Source: Amphiscolops sp. MND2022 | Lineage: Eukaryota | Assembly (NCBI GenBank): GCA_964187785.1 | Contig: OZ076409.1 | Coordinates: 24,554,001-24,618,000 of the forward strand | Reading direction: 5' to 3' | DNA: 64,000 bases | Shown here: positions 1-14,400 of the stretch, in pieces | Position numbering within the stretch: position 1 is the stretch's first letter | Layout: each line of letters starts with the position of its first letter | Position numbers and translations under genes: made by a program | The notes under the pieces: generated by a model | What the model was told of the DNA's origin: nothing | The model's database searches: none | What the model saw: only the letters and a program-made list of their open reading frames with translations

Positions 1-194
1 ACATTGGGAAAAACAAGTGGGATAGATTTTATTCGAAACTTAACTGCCTTGACAGAACTGAACGCGGATAGCAGCATACTATATACTACTTCCTTTATTC
101 GAATGGAAAAGTTTTTTCCTTTATTCGAGTTTTCAAGGTTCACTGAGACTTTCTAGTTTTGTGCTTTTGTTGCAAGATTCAAAATACGAATGTG

Positions 195-1570
195 TTATGG
201 GAAAGTGCGGGTGCTTTTTTTCCGCGCGACAACTCTCGTTTCAGCCCGCAAGTCGCAAAATTCAGCCGTTCGTGGTCTAGTGATAAGATGCTTGCTTTTC
301 AACGCACATTGTTCGTGTTCGAAGCCGTGCGTATGCGCTAATTTTTTTACAACTGTTTCGAAGCAGAAGGTTTTCACTTTTTCGGAACTTGAGACCCTCC
401 CTTTCGGCTTTGAGAGACTTTTTCGATTTTTTAATGTCCCCAAAGGGTTCTCCCTTCAATTTTTTGATATTTTGCAACAGAACGAATATTAAAAAATCCC
501 AAAGGGCCCCTTCTTTCAGATTTTTCGCACTGTGAGACTGTTAGAAATTCTCATTTTTTCGAAAATTTTTCAAAGTCTTCAAAGGGTCCCCTTCAAAGTT
601 TTGCAAAAGAATGGATGTTAAAAAACTCAAAGAGCCCCCGTTATAGTTTTCGGCATTGTAAGATTTTCCAGAGTGAATAATTTTTGTCTTAAAATTAGGT
701 TTTCTCAGGCCCAGCACGCTATATCCGATTTTTGTTTGTTTTCAAAGACAGGCGTTTTTTTATGCGACTATTTTTCTAATTTGTTTCCATCGAACCCCCC
801 TGAATTTTTACTAGAAACGAAACGTTTTGCGAGCATGAAGGTTTTCGTGCACTTAGCGTCTTACCGGAGACCTTCTTCGAAAAATTTTGTCGAAAACTTC
901 GAAAACAATTTTCCTCAATTTTCTGTTTTTTAATGGATTTCGGTTGAGAAAGCTGGGTTTTTTACTGGTTCCAGTTAGAGAAGAATGGTTTTCGATTTTA
1001 CCCTTTGTTCTCCGTATGATATTGCTTATTTGGTTTTCTTCAAAAATTCGCAACTTTCTTCGCAAGTGTTTGCGAAGCACGGCTTCGCCTCTGTGTCAAA
1101 AAAATTTTGTCGAAAATTTTTGAATGTCTCCAAAGGACCCCCTTCGTTTTTTTGCAACCGGATTCCCAAAGGGTCCGCCCTTTTACAATTTTGAAAACTT
1201 TAACTTTCCGCTTTTTGAGCCTTGGATATAGTCCGATTTTAGATGTCTTATTTACAATAGCACGTGTGACGCTTGTCTCTGTAGGCCTCTACTGTGTGCG
1301 GATTAAATTCTGTGGGATTTTTTAAAAACCAGTTGAAGCGTTGACATTGTTTAATCAACTCCAAAGGGTCCCTCTCAAATTTTTTGATGGTTTGCAACAG
1401 AATGGATGTTAAAAAATCCGAAAGGGTCACCCATTTAGCGCGCCGATTCGGTCCAATTTTTTGGGGGGTTTTTCGGGTTCTGTAAAAGAAGACTTGACGC
1501 TATTTTTGAGCCTTAGATATGGCGCCGACTTATACCGACATACTTATATATGGCGCCGTTCCTTGTTTTC
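195..1570 (+). mobile_element. Two abutting truncated HINE copies (repeated at about 2256-3630)
   Basis: Core repeats and 3' ends TTTTGAGCCTTRGATAT at about 1213 and 1505. Confidence 0.7.
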
Positions 1571-3667
1571 TTGTTTTCTTGCGTAGTTGTGTAGTGGTAT
1601 TGCTATGATGAAAAAGCATTCAGTGGAGGACACAAGAAAAGAGCGACGGTGAGCAATCAGACATTTGTGACTTTGAGCAACTCACTTCGATATCACAGCT
1701 TCAAGCCGGCAATCGTTTTACTCTAGCTCATAAACAAGTTGTTTTTTCATAAACCAGTTGGTTTTCTTTGAAAAATTAGGTATAATTTGAACTAAAAGTT
1801 TCAAATTTCGGGCGACAAAGATCCTGCTCCTCAGCGGGTCTCTTGTGTAAAATCAAAATTGCCAGTTTTTTCTAAATAACCGTTTCGTGCTTCTTTGGTA
1901 GAAATATTGATTGTTTTCGTAGATCGACAGAATTAAACGACAAAGCAATCATATACTTAGGAGACTTGTTTAATAGAGGAAGTTTTGCAGTATATCACCC
2001 ACGCTCAAGTCCTAAACTGTCGGTAAAATAAATCAGGGCGGACAAAATTCCGGTGCTTCTAACATTGGGAAAAACAAGTGGGATAGATTTTATTCGAAAC
2101 TCAACTGCCTTGACAGAACTGAACGCGGATAGCAGCACACTATATACTACTTCCTTTATTCGAATGGAAAAGTTTTTTCATTTATTCGAGTTTTCAAGGT
2201 TCACTGAAATTTTCTAGTTTTGTGCTTTTGTTGCAAGATTCAAAATACGAATGTGTTATGGGAAAGTGCGGGTGCTTTTTTTCCGCGCGACAACTCTCGT
2301 TTCAGCCCGCAAGTCGCAAAATTCAGTCGTTCGTGGTCTAGTGATAAGATGCTTGCTTTTCAACGCACACTGTTCGTGTTCGGAGCCGTGCGTATGCGCT
2401 AATTTTTTTTACAACTGTTTCGAAGCAGAAGGTTTTCACTTTTTCGGAACTTGAGACCCCTCCTTTCGGCTTTGAGAGACTTTTTTCGATTTTTTAATGT
2501 CCCCAAAGGGTTCTCCCTTCAATTTTTTGATATTTTGCTACAGAACGAATATTAAAAAATCCCAAAGGGTCCCTTTCAGATTTTTCGCACTGTGAGACTG
2601 TTAGAAATTCTCATTTTTTCGAAAATTTTTCAAAGTCTTCAAAGGGTCCCCTTCAAAGTTTTGCAAAAGAATGGATGTTAAAAAACTCAAAGAGCCCCCG
2701 TTATAGTTTTCGGCACTGTAAGATTTTCCGAAGTGAATAATTTTTGTCTTAAAATTAGGTTTTCTCAGGCCCAGCACGCTATATCCGATTTTTGTTTGTT
2801 TTCAAAGACCGGCGTTTTTTTATGCGACTATTTTTCTAATTTGTTTTCATCGAACCCCCCTCAATTTTTACTAGAAACGAAACGTTTTGCGAGCATGAAG
2901 GTTTTCGTGCACTTAGCGACTTACCGGAGACCTTCTTCGAAAAATTTTGTCGAAAAACTTCGAAAACAATTTTCCTCAATTTTCTGTTTTTTAATGGATT
3001 TCGGTTGAGAAAGCTGGGTTTTTTACTGGTTCCAGTTGGAGAAGAATGGTTTTCGATTTTACCCTTTGTTCTCCGTATGATATTGCTTATTTGGCTTTCT
3101 TCAAAAGTTTGCAAATTTCTTCGCAAGTGTTTGCGAAGCACGGCTTCGCCTCTGTCAAAAAAATTTTGTCGAAAATTTTTAAATGTCTCCAAAGGGCCCC
3201 CTTCGTTTTTTTGCAACCGGATTTCCAAAGGGTCCGCCCTTTTTACAATTTTGAAAACTTTAACTTTGCGCTTTTTGAGCCTTAGATATAGTCCGATTTT
3301 AGATGTCCTATTTACAATAGCACGTGTGACGCTTGTCTCAGTAGGCCTCTACTGTGTGCGGATTAAATTCTGTGGGATTTTTTAAAAACCAGTTGAAGCG
3401 TTGACATTGTTTAATCAACTCCAAAGGGTCCCTCTCAAATTTTTTGAAGGTTTGCAACAGAATGGATGTTAAAAAATCCGAAAGGGTCACCCATTTAGTG
3501 CGCCGATTCGGTCCATTTTTTTGGGTTTTTCGGGTTCTGTAAAAGAAGACTTGACGCTATTTTTGAGCCTTAGATATGGCGCCGACTTATACCGACATAC
3601 TTATATATGGCGCCGTTCCTTGTTTTCATGTTTTCTTGCGTAGTTGTGTAGTGGTATTGCTATGATG

Positions 3668-4330
3668 AACAAGCCGGGACCGGCCCAAGTCGGCGCCATA
3701 TCCAAGGCTCAAAAATAGCAAAAAGACTTCCAAGTGTCAAGTATTCGTTTACAGTAGTCGAAACTCGAAAATTTTTCGAAAATTTTTTTTTTTGAAAAAA
3801 TTACATACTAAAAAAATGGACCGAGTGGCGCGCTAACGTCTCACAATGCCGAAAAACTGAAAAGGGGGACCCTTTGAGGTTTTTCAACATCCATTCTGTC
3901 GCAAAACATGAAAAAATTGAAGAAAAAAATTTTTTTATTTTCGGGAGAAAATCTCACAATGCCGAAAAAAACTGAAAGGAGGAACCCTTTGGGATTTTCC
4001 AACATCCATTCTGTCGCAAAACATCAAAAAAAATGCAGGGGGGACCCTTTGCGGAAAAAAAATTTTGAAAAAAAATCCGAAAAAAATGTCTCGCAGTGCC
4101 GAAAAAAAATGAAAGGGGGGACTCTTTGGTCTCGCCCGGTATGATATGTTACGCGGAAAAACAGGTAAATTCATTTTGGTCCAGTTCGCTAGGCCAAATG
4201 GTGCTATTTGACACCATAATATTTTGTAGAACTTTTAAGAACTATTTTGGTCAGTTCGTGTGGATTGAAAAAAAAAAAAGAAAAGTCACTATAATAGTCG
4301 CGTTTCACTTCATGAAGCGCCGACTAAAAA
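3668..4330 (-). mobile_element. Non-autonomous Helentron/DINE-1-like element (HINE), complete copy
   Basis: subTIR AGTCGGCGC/GCGCCGACT, 3' hairpin GCCGG-TC-CCGGC, T-run ends, internal AAAGGGTCCCC tandem units; empty site at 1611-1615. Confidence 0.85.
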
Positions 4331-5199
4331 GCATTCAGTGGAGGACACAGGAAAAGAGCGACGGTGAGCAATCAGACATTTGTGACTCTGAGCAACTCAC
4401 TTCGATATCACAGCTTCAAGCCGGCAATCGTTTTACTCTAGCTCATAAACAAGTTGTTTTTTTCTTTTTAAAAAAATAGGTATAAATTGAACTAAAAGTT
4501 TCAAGTTTCGGGCGACAAAGATCCTGCTCCTCAGCGGGTCTCTTGTGTAAAATCAAAATTGCCAGTTTTTTCTAAATAACCGTTTCGTGCTTCTTTGGTA
4601 GAAATATTGATTGTTTTCGTAGATCGACAGAATTAAACGACAAAACAATCATATACTTAGGAGACTTGTTTATTAGAGGAAGTTTCGCAGTATATCACCC
4701 ACGCTCAAGTCCTAAACTGTCGGTAAAATAAATCAGGGCGGACAATATTCCGGTGCTTCTAACATTGGGAAAAACAAGTGGGATAGATTTTATTCGAAAC
4801 TTAACTGCCTTGACAGAACTGAACGCGGATAGCAGCATACTATATACTACTTCCTTTATTCGAATGGAAAAGTTTTTTCCTTTATTCGAGTTTTCAAGGT
4901 TCACTGAAACTTTCTAGTTTTGTGCTTTTGTTGCAAGATTCAAAATACGAATGTTTTGAATTGAAAGTTGCCTCTGGAGGTTTTTAAAATGAGTTATTTT
5001 CTGGAAATAAAAGATATACTTTTTGGGATTCATTTCAATTTACTTGCTGTTGCAGAAAAATCACAGACTTGATTTTTAGAGTTCGTTACAAATTTCGAAA
5101 ATGTAGAAGGTCTTAGTTGCGATTTTTTTCCGAATATTCGTTAGCTTGATGTTTAGCAACCTTTTGGTTCGTGCCTAATCGATCAATAGTTTGTTTCAG

Positions 5200-5422
5200 A
5201 AGGCGAAGTGGAGGTGACGAAAGATTCGAAACATTTGCAGACGATGAAGCCCGGCAAAGTGTTCGGAGAGCTGGCCATTTTGTACAACTGCACGAGAACT
5301 GCATCTGTGCGGGCACTAAACAGCCAAGTGAAGCTATGGGCAATCGATAGACCCGCCTTCCAAACAGTTATGGTCAAGACCAATATTATCAGACAACAAG
5401 ACTACATAGAGTTATTGAAAAG
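5200..5422 (+). CDS. PRKG1: PKG exon, CNB-A C-terminal half
   Basis: tttcag|AAGGC...AAAAG|gttaac; GEVEVTKD...[16 protein letters not shown]...LWAIDR. Confidence 0.95.
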
Positions 5423-8400
5423 GTTAACCCCACGGGCCGGGCCATTAGCATTTCCTAGTTTTGAAGCTGCCGTTTTTACAAATGGCTTAATTGCATGACG
5501 TTTTTGCAAGAGTGAACAAGGTTCTGGAATGTATGATTCTGATCTCAGGGTGTGAAATCTGAATAGTTCAGAAACTCGTTTCTCGTTGTCGTTGGTTCAT
5601 ATATATTTGTAATTTACATAAATAAAATCTATTTTCCGCTTCCACTTAAGATACATCACACGGAGCTTAATTTTGGGATATTTAGTGAATTCTTAGTGAT
5701 TCTGATATAAATTGAAGTGGTAGTGAACATTGGAATTGAAGTGCATGATTGAGCGATTCTACAATGATTGTAATCTGCCTTAACAAAACGTTGATTCTAC
5801 AATGATTGTAATCTGCCTTAACAAGAAAACGTTTACCAAGAAAAGAAAATATGTGATCCCAAATGTGTTCTTCAGACTTTCGTTTTTCTCTCACCTGGAC
5901 GATGAGACGTTAAGTAGATTAGCGGACACGGTGGAAGAAAACTTCTTCGACGAGCATGATCACGTGGTGAGGCACGGAGCTCATGGCAGCCAGTTCTACA
6001 TAGTCAAAAAGGGCCAGGTTGGTGCTGATCTCATTCCCTCCGATAATTTTTGCCTCAACTAATTTTTCTCCGTGATCATTCTCAGGTATTGGAAACTTGT
6101 TGAAAATACAGCCTTGTGAATAATTCTTGTCTCTTTTCAACATTGCATGTTCATTTCAATTTGGTGGTACCAGACTGGCTTGTGCGTTTGGCACGGCATG
6201 AATCGCGTGTAAAATAGCGTGTAATTGGCCGATTGGATTTTTGCGTGTAATGGCGTGTAAAATGAGCGTGAAATCGGCCTTATATTTGTGAGAAATGTAA
6301 AATCTCAGAAAATCTCACTCGTATTAATATGATGCAGTTAATTATGCATCTAATAATACTAATTATGAAGTATTTTGACTTAGTTGGGTCGTCGGCGGGC
6401 GGGCGTCGAGAGAACAATCTCCCACTGAAATATTCAATAATTTTCCAAAAAATTTCAGTGGTGGGGGCAGAAAAGAGCCACTTTTGATCCTTTTTCAACG
6501 CTGGGAAATTGTAACCCTAATTTACATCTTTGGATGTATCACTTTTTTGAAAAAAAATAGTAAAAGTAGCGTGAAATTACGTAAAAATTGCCGTGAAATG
6601 CGGCGTGAAAATCGAGGAAATTTTCCGTGAAAAACGCACAGGCCTGGTACCAGTTAAAGCTTAATTAGTTTTAAAATTTTGTTTCATGAAACTCAAAATT
6701 GACGTTATAGCCAACCTTAACAAAACGTTTTACTGTAGTATTCTGTATTTTGTCTCCTATGGAATTTCACCAATTCCTCTGATTTGAAAGTTAGACAAAA
6801 CCATTTGATGTAGCAATGTGTAACAGGCCGGGAACGGCCCAGAAAGTGCATTTCTCAGAGAGCAGTCTTACAAAGATGATGAAGGACAATGATTTATGAT
6901 AATTCAATTTATTTATTACAATGATTTTGACCTTTAGTTAACATCAATGAGCAGACCAAAAAATAACTCCAAGGGCATATAACCGCTTGAAAGAGGCCTT
7001 CCTTATTTTAAAAGTTTGTAATTGTAAAACTTCCTAATTGTAAAAGTTTTTGTAAAAGTGGTGCAACAAGCAACAACAGAATATATGAATTTGAAAGCAT
7101 GTTGTATAAATAAAATAAAAAACAACACAGTACCAAACAATAACCAGAGGGGCGCTTTTGAGGCTCGAAAAATGATTTTTTCCCTAACTGAAAATACAAA
7201 GAACCCAATGTTGTAGAGAAAAATCTTGCCCACTAAAGCCAAAGGTTCTTGTCTAACTTCGCAAGCGTTATTTTTTCAGATCATTGCGGTATTCGAATAC
7301 ATGATCTGCTTCCCAGTCACGCATGCTAATAACTGGGACAAGAGGCGGGTGATGCGGAGAAATTTATAGAAGCTGTCAAGTCGAGTTGTCTTTAAAAATG
7401 CCTTTTACTATAGTCTGCGTTTTTCTAACAAAAAAGGCTGACTAAAAGGTCAATTTCATTCTCAAGTCTCTGATCAACCGTGCTTTTGATTGTCCGTACT
7501 TAACAGTGAATCGAGCAGTTTGGTAGTGGTAGATCGTTTCATTGCTCATTTGTTGATTGAATATTTTGTTTCAGTGCAAACTATTTGAATCAGAGTCTTC
7601 CACATCTTCAAGAACGATCGAAGCCGGTGAATATTTTGGAGAAGAATCTATTACAGGGTGAGTCAAAGTGAACGTCGGGAAATATGTATTTCTACTTTCT
7701 TTTTTTATGAACATCAGTTATAACATTGCTCGAAGTTCTATATCTCTTTACACCATATCACGGTTTCAGTACGCGCGGTCCTTAAAAAAATAAAACATTA
7801 AGAGATGCAAAAATAAATAGAGGAAAAAAATGTTATAACATTGCTAAACCTAGTTGTTAATAGTTCTGTTCAGTATTATAATGGGACAAGGTACTTTCAT
7901 AGCCGTAGAAATTGTGACGTTCTTACCATTTTTTGTTTTTTGGTGAGTTTTTGTCTTAATATTTGTGAAAACTGCGAGAACGGAATAGTTCTCTAAGGGT
8001 GATTCCTGTTGCGTTTGTATTTTTTTTAAAAAGAAGGAAGCCTATTTTGACAAATGGACAAAAAATTTTCAATGTCATGAAAATCTTTTGAAAATCAGCT
8101 GGGATGTCTCACACGGTGCTTCCTATTTGAGAAGGTTGGCATGTTCTTTGTGCTTGCAATCTTGCAGAACCCCCTTCCTGCGTAATTTGCAACGCTCGTG
8201 TGCATTCATGGTTTTTATTAAATTTGTAAAAGAGCTAGATTCTGTCTTGATGCCACTTGTGTTCTGTAGAGCTCCCTGGGATTCCGTTCAGGTTAATTGG
8301 AACCTTTGCCAATTGATGTGATATTATATTGAATAGACTGTGAAACTCATTGTCTGTCTGATTCACAGAAATGGCAAAAAGCTGTTATGTATTGAGGCAT

Positions 8401-11400
8401 GAACGCAGAGTTAATTTTTAGTAATGTTGACCTAAACATTTTTCCCATGCAATCGCGAAACTCAACTGTTAACGTGAAAAGTAGATACCGTTTTGAAAAG
8501 TGTGCTTGTTGAACTAAATACCATCCACGCTCTCCCGTCAACTGAATATGACTTCTCATCAGTCTAAGGATGACCATATGAAAGTGTCTTTTCTAGAGTT
8601 GAGTTTCTTGAAATGAAAAATTGAAACCGAAATATATATTTCTTTTTATTTATTTTTATATACAACTTTTGAGTTATAACTTTCTTTCTCGAAAATATAA
8701 CTTTCTTATAAATTTAGAAAGCAAACTTTATCTCAGGTCAATATTCACAAAATCCTACTGCCTGTCAAGTAGTGGCACGTAATTTGGCTGCTGCATTTAG
8801 GCTACTAAAGGTATGGTGTAGTAATAATGAAATCTTGACCTCTTTCGATCATATAGAAAATTCTACGCCCATTCGATCCTAAAAAATCGACCCTGTATAG
8901 TTACCAAAATGACTCGGTTACCATTGAGCTTCTGTAGTTCGAGTCTGAATTGTCGTCTGTTATCTATCTGGCTTTCTCCGCAGCTAGAAGATAAAGACTT
9001 TATTGTTGATTTTAATAATCATCCACTGAGAGCTTTGACTGTTTTCAAATGAATGAATGCAAAAGTTCATTATCCTTCACTATTTTCTGTTCAAGATTAG
9101 AGGATTATTCTCTTTCATTCACAGAATTCACTTGGCAAGTAACTGGGAAACTTCACCGGTTTGCACATCTCCAAGTTTCAGAAATTTGGACTGCTTTGAG
9201 CAATCTGCCTGGAATTGGAAAATTACGTCTACAACAATTTTTGAAAAGGCGATATTCTCGCAAAAGCATCGCTTCTCCAAGGGGCTGGTTTTCTATACCT
9301 TCGCATGACACTGGAACATAATAAACTCAACGAAGATACATTTTGAAAGTCAAAGTTTAAATCATTTTTGTCACCAGTAGAGGAAGTTATCCTATATCCG
9401 AGAGATTCAAATAATTTTCGGTGGTAAAATAATGCAATTCCCGTCTTGAATTGCTGAGAACTCTTAAAATTCAAATATTAGTTTCTCTCAAAAAATCAAA
9501 CCAGTTACATAATCTTGTCCTGGAATCCGGAAACAATCTGTAGTTATTAATAAGATCAGGAAAAATTTGCATCTTCACTCATAGAATGAATCGGTTTCTG
9601 GGCTCGCAATTATGTAATGCAGTTTGGCGATGGCCAATATTTTATGCTGAATGCGGATGTGTTGAATTATAGACCCAAACTAAGTTTCCAACTGCGTGAA
9701 CATTTTTTTATTCACGTCATTGTCCGAATCAAGAAACCTTCATTTGATATTCCTTTTTTAGTCGGCGCGTTTTCCTTTTAAGGAAAATACGCGACTAAGC
9801 AGTGACCTTTTTTAGTCGGCGCTTTATCCTTTTAAGGAAAAATCCCCGACTATAGCAGTGACCTTTTTTTTCTTCAGACTACAATCCTCACACTGATCGT
9901 CCACTTTTTAGAAACAATCCTGAAACCAACTAAGGCCAAGTCCGGCCCAGGCAAACTTGCAAACTTAGGCCAAAGGGTCCCCCTTTCATTTTTTACTTTT
10001 TCAAGGAAACATACAACACCACACCTGCCTAAAGGGCCCCCCCCCTTTGGATTTTTTTTCGGCACTGTGCGACTTTTTTTCGGAATTTTTAATGTCCCCA
10101 AAGGGTCCCCCCTTCGTGTTTTTTGATATTTTGCAATGGAATGTATGTTAATAAATCCAGAAGGGTCCTCCCTTTTACATTTTTCGGCACTATGCGAATT
10201 TTTTTGAAAGAAAAAATATCGAAAATTTCAATTTTATACCAAAAAAAATGTTTTGCGCTTTTTGACCCTTAGATATGGCGCCGACTTTAGACGTTCTCGT
10301 CTTGTTTCTTCAGACCACAGACCTCACACTGATCGGTCCACTTTTTAGAGAAACTCCTGAAACCACTGAGGCCAAGTCCGGCCAGTGCAAAACTTAGTCC
10401 AAAGGGTCCATCCTTTCATTTTTTACTTGTTCAAGGTAACCTACAAAACCGGACGAGCCTAAAGGGTCCCCTTTGGATTTTTTCGGCACTGCGACATTTT
10501 TCGAAAGAAAAAAATCAAAAATTTCAAGTTTTTTTCAACAAAAATGTTTTGCGCTTTTTGAGCTCTAGATATAGCGCCGACTTTAGACGTTCTTGTCTTC
10601 TTTCATATTCATCTGTATTGAAAGTAGTGGTTATCGTTTTCGGCAAGCAGGAATAACGTCTAAAGCCAAGTTATTCTAATTCATTATTTCAAGACATTGA
10701 GTTTTCTTAGACTTTATTCCATTAGAGGTATTTCCCGAAACACTCAGACTTTATTCTTTAGACGTTATTCGCACCCGTAATTGACTTGGTCGCATATACA
10801 CGCAGCTCTAAAATATAAGTATCTTAGTTGGACGAGCAAAATTTAAAGGTTAACCTCTGTGATACTCAGTGACAAACTTCAATGCTCAAACATGAGTTTT
10901 TGGGAACGCGCGCATGAGGCCGACAAACCATTAAGCCGACTATCAAATATTGAGTCAAAAAGTCCACGCAAATTATCTGGTGAAGAAGCGTTCCTTCAGA
11001 GCCACTTGTTTCAATATTGATCAACCAGGCATGAAAACATTCCTGTCGGTTTAATGGCTTGTCGGTTCAATTACCTGTCGGCGTAACACACGACTGTCAA
11101 GTTTTTGTTGTTTTAATGGGTTTTGCCTTACCAAGTTGGTACTGAATGTCAAAATTGTTAGCCTGCTAGGCACCAGATGTTTCGAGTATGTCTTTTCCCT
11201 CTTGATCGACAGGTATAAAAAGTCTACCAAGAGCATCTTCAACCGGCTCCGAGGCACATAGCCTTATGCATTTGATTCTCACTCCCTGTCTTTGTCAATT
11301 ACAGACAGGCTTTCAAGGCATCGCTTGAAGTTTTTTGTTGAAGATGAAATTAAGGGGGAAAGAAAATGTTAATTTCAGAAGTGAGAAGTGAGTTCAGTTC

Positions 11401-14400
11401 ACGCTGTGAAAGTCAAAAACTGGACATGAAACAGAAATTACATTTTCCGTTCTCGTTAGGGATTTGACTTGAGAGTTTCGCTTTGTAATAAATTGAATAT
11501 TCCGTGGCAGTTCGAACCAGCCGGGAACGGCCCAAGTTGGCGCCCGCTCAACGTTCTAAAAAAGCATATTATTTCGAATATGCACAGGTACGCTATTGTG
11601 AAAATTTTTATTAAACTTCCAGCGCTGAAAATACTCGAAACATCAAAAAACATACCTCTCCCTCCAAGTTCGCAAAACGCTTTATTTTTGCTAAAAATTG
11701 AAAGGGCTACGGTAAAAAAAAAATTAAGTCGCATAGTACCAAAAAATCAAAGGGAGGCCCTTCGTCTTTTCTCTTCGTTTGCAAGGATAAAAACTTTCGT
11801 TTAGTGCCAGGACTCCAACCCACATACTTCTGCTTCTCAGGCCTCGTTAGCAGGCCCGGAAATCCGCGTTAACCACTGGTCCAAAAAACACTGGGCGGGC
11901 CATTTATATAAAATTTATGGCCCATCCAAAGTTCATATAAAAGTGGACGTTTCACGGTGACTGAAGAAAAAACCTAGTCACTAAATAAAGTTCCGACTAA
12001 AATTAGATATTAAATTTAAGATGATAAACTAATATGGAATTTTGAACCTTTCTTTGTTGACCAGCGGTTCTATGCTAATGACCCACTCTGTCGGTTAGTT
12101 TCACTTTAACACATCAGTCAAGTCTTGTTACAAGGACGGTAGTTATTACGAAATTATCAATGCGCCGACTGAGTCAGCTTAGCATGTGTCTGTCCAATTT
12201 TATGCTACGTGTTAGTTACGGTTCATATAAAATTTCACATATTGTAACCTGTCTACATCAATTCGCTCTAGTCTTAACTATACATCCGAATTGTTTAATC
12301 AATCGCAGTTTAGCGGTTGTCGCCGATCATCCACCCAGTTCCCACCGAGATGGAGTCTGAAACATTTGCGATGGTAACTGGTGGCCCACTGGTGGGAAAA
12401 TTGCAGGTTTTATTCAAAACTCGTTTGCAAAAATTGTGATACACACCTGTAATCTATTTACACCTGCGCTATCTGCCCGTATATTTGATTGTTTTGACTA
12501 AGCTACAGTCCTGTGATGGAAGAATGGAATCCTTAATTGATAATAATGTTTGGAACAATCCATTTTTCTCCCCATATCAATAATGCTTTGATAAAAATTT
12601 CTTGGAATTTCATCTAGCTTACATTCGCGATTGTTTGAAACTTCTATGACAAATATTGCGGACATTAGCTCTCAATGCCTCTCTAATTTGTGGTTTGCAA
12701 CCCAAATTTAGAACCAATTTGATTAATTTTTATTCAACTTCCGGTTCATTGCTGTCCACTGATTGCACTGTCAAACTTTTGAGGCACTGGCACGTCCGAA
12801 AAACCCGACTCCAATGAATCAATTCCGGTACAAGTATGAAGATTGGGTAGAGATTTTAGACTACGGAATTGTGATTATCTTTCACATGTACACTTTAGGG
12901 AGCTAAAAAAATTTCGAGTGTATAGTCAAGGATGGACACCTTGAACAGTAATAAAAGTAAATGCTGACCAACTTCTTTACTCCTAATTTAGACTCCGCAA
13001 CTGAATTTGCAATATTTTACCTGTGAAATTTATTTGCAAATTTGTCTCATGTTAGTTTACCAGGTCCATAATTAGGTAAGAGTAAACTAAACAAAATTCT
13101 AAGATATTTTTGTTTCTCGTGTTATGGAAAATTTGACTGTTTTTGAGAAATTCGCAAACTCATTAGGCGTTCCAAGACTTTTTGTGTCAAATATTGTGTT
13201 ATTCAATAATTACAACTTCTGTGTGAAACCGGTGTTACAGTATGGATTGCTTATCTATGGAAGAATTTCTTTTTCTAATTTGGACAAATCGAGTGTCTAC
13301 CAACGTAAAATGATCAGATTGATCTTGTTCGAGAAACGGAAAGCTAGCATAGAAACTGACATGAATAAACACAATGTACTCTCGTTGACACAATTGTATT
13401 TCTACGACTTGGTCAAAATTGCATTACGAAGCGTGAGGAAAGAACTCTCTTCCGAATTCTTGAATAATTTGTATACACGTGCCACTTCAAGGGCAACTCG
13501 AATGCGGTCTGCATGTAAAGATCCCCAAAGGAAAAAACAACTGGGACAATTTTTCTTTAAAAACCCGTGGAACTAAACTTATAAACTTCTTGATAGACCA
13601 GAAACTTGTTCCTGATAACTTATGGAACGTCAGTCAGTACGAATTCAATTGTGAAATCCACAAATTCAAAAATTTTTGCAACTAATCCTCGATGAAAACC
13701 TACGTATGATTTTGCAGTGAATTACCCCGAAATAGCCTAATCTTCATTGTATGAAGTGCTTCTTTATAACATATCCCAACTCATGTTTGAACCCCTGAGT
13801 GTATATATAATTCTGAGGCCTTATCGTTAAATATGACTAACTTCCTTGCTCAATTTCCAATCATTGTCAACCATGGAGAATGAAGTACTCCATTTGCTTC
13901 TGACACCTGATGCAAAAATCCCGCGTTAGTGTTCTTGGGGATCTATATATTTGCTCCCTGTGAGCAGCGAAGAATCCTGAGCCAGTAAAGTCGGACATCG
14001 AGTGTGCAGGAGCCGCTCAGCGCAACAAGGGTCTAAGATACGAGTTTTCAACGAGTTTTTTTTTTCGGTTTTTGTACTCTTATGATTTTTGAATTGCTCT
14101 GCGGTCTCCCTTCAAACGCGGAAGTGGACTGAAATAAGGTAAATCTAACCAGGAACTCAAAATCGTCTAACTAGCTTTTTTAAAATGTAAATTTTACCCA
14201 TAAATTCCATTAATTTCTTTTTTTAGTGAAACTGTTTGACATACTAAAAATAATAGATAAAAAACTCCGAAACTTGAAATACGGGATCCAGCTTAGATGT
14301 ACATTTGCTCTGCAGATTGCCTACATCGCGGCTTCGGAACAGATGATAAGGGGTGTAAATTAAATGGTTGTTTGAAAATAATTGCAATAATTATATTGCA

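Larger units (their letters stand above)
1..4954. repeat. Tandem duplication, unit about 2.06 kb (partial 1-194, then 195-2255 and 2256-4954, the latter with an extra insertion)
   Basis: ACATTGGGAAAAACAAGTGG at 1, 2062 and 4762; near-identical copies; similarity ends after AAATACGAATGT near 4954. Confidence 0.95.

Noticed and set aside
440..1420. Recurrent AAAGGGTCCCC units resembling a CRISPR array
   Set aside because: Spacers are homologous to each other and irregular, the context is eukaryotic and there are no cas genes.
159..4479. Many F/K-rich ORFs in the ORF track, here and in other HINE copies
   Set aside because: They are translations of low-complexity HINE tandem units, with frames not conserved between copies.
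8100..9700. Possible Tc1 transposase and RT traces on the minus strand ([16 protein letters not shown])
   Set aside because: Only isolated short motifs in broken frames; not supportable by eye.
11041..11340. Possible decayed RT fragment
   Set aside because: Too degenerate and lacks a diagnostic motif.
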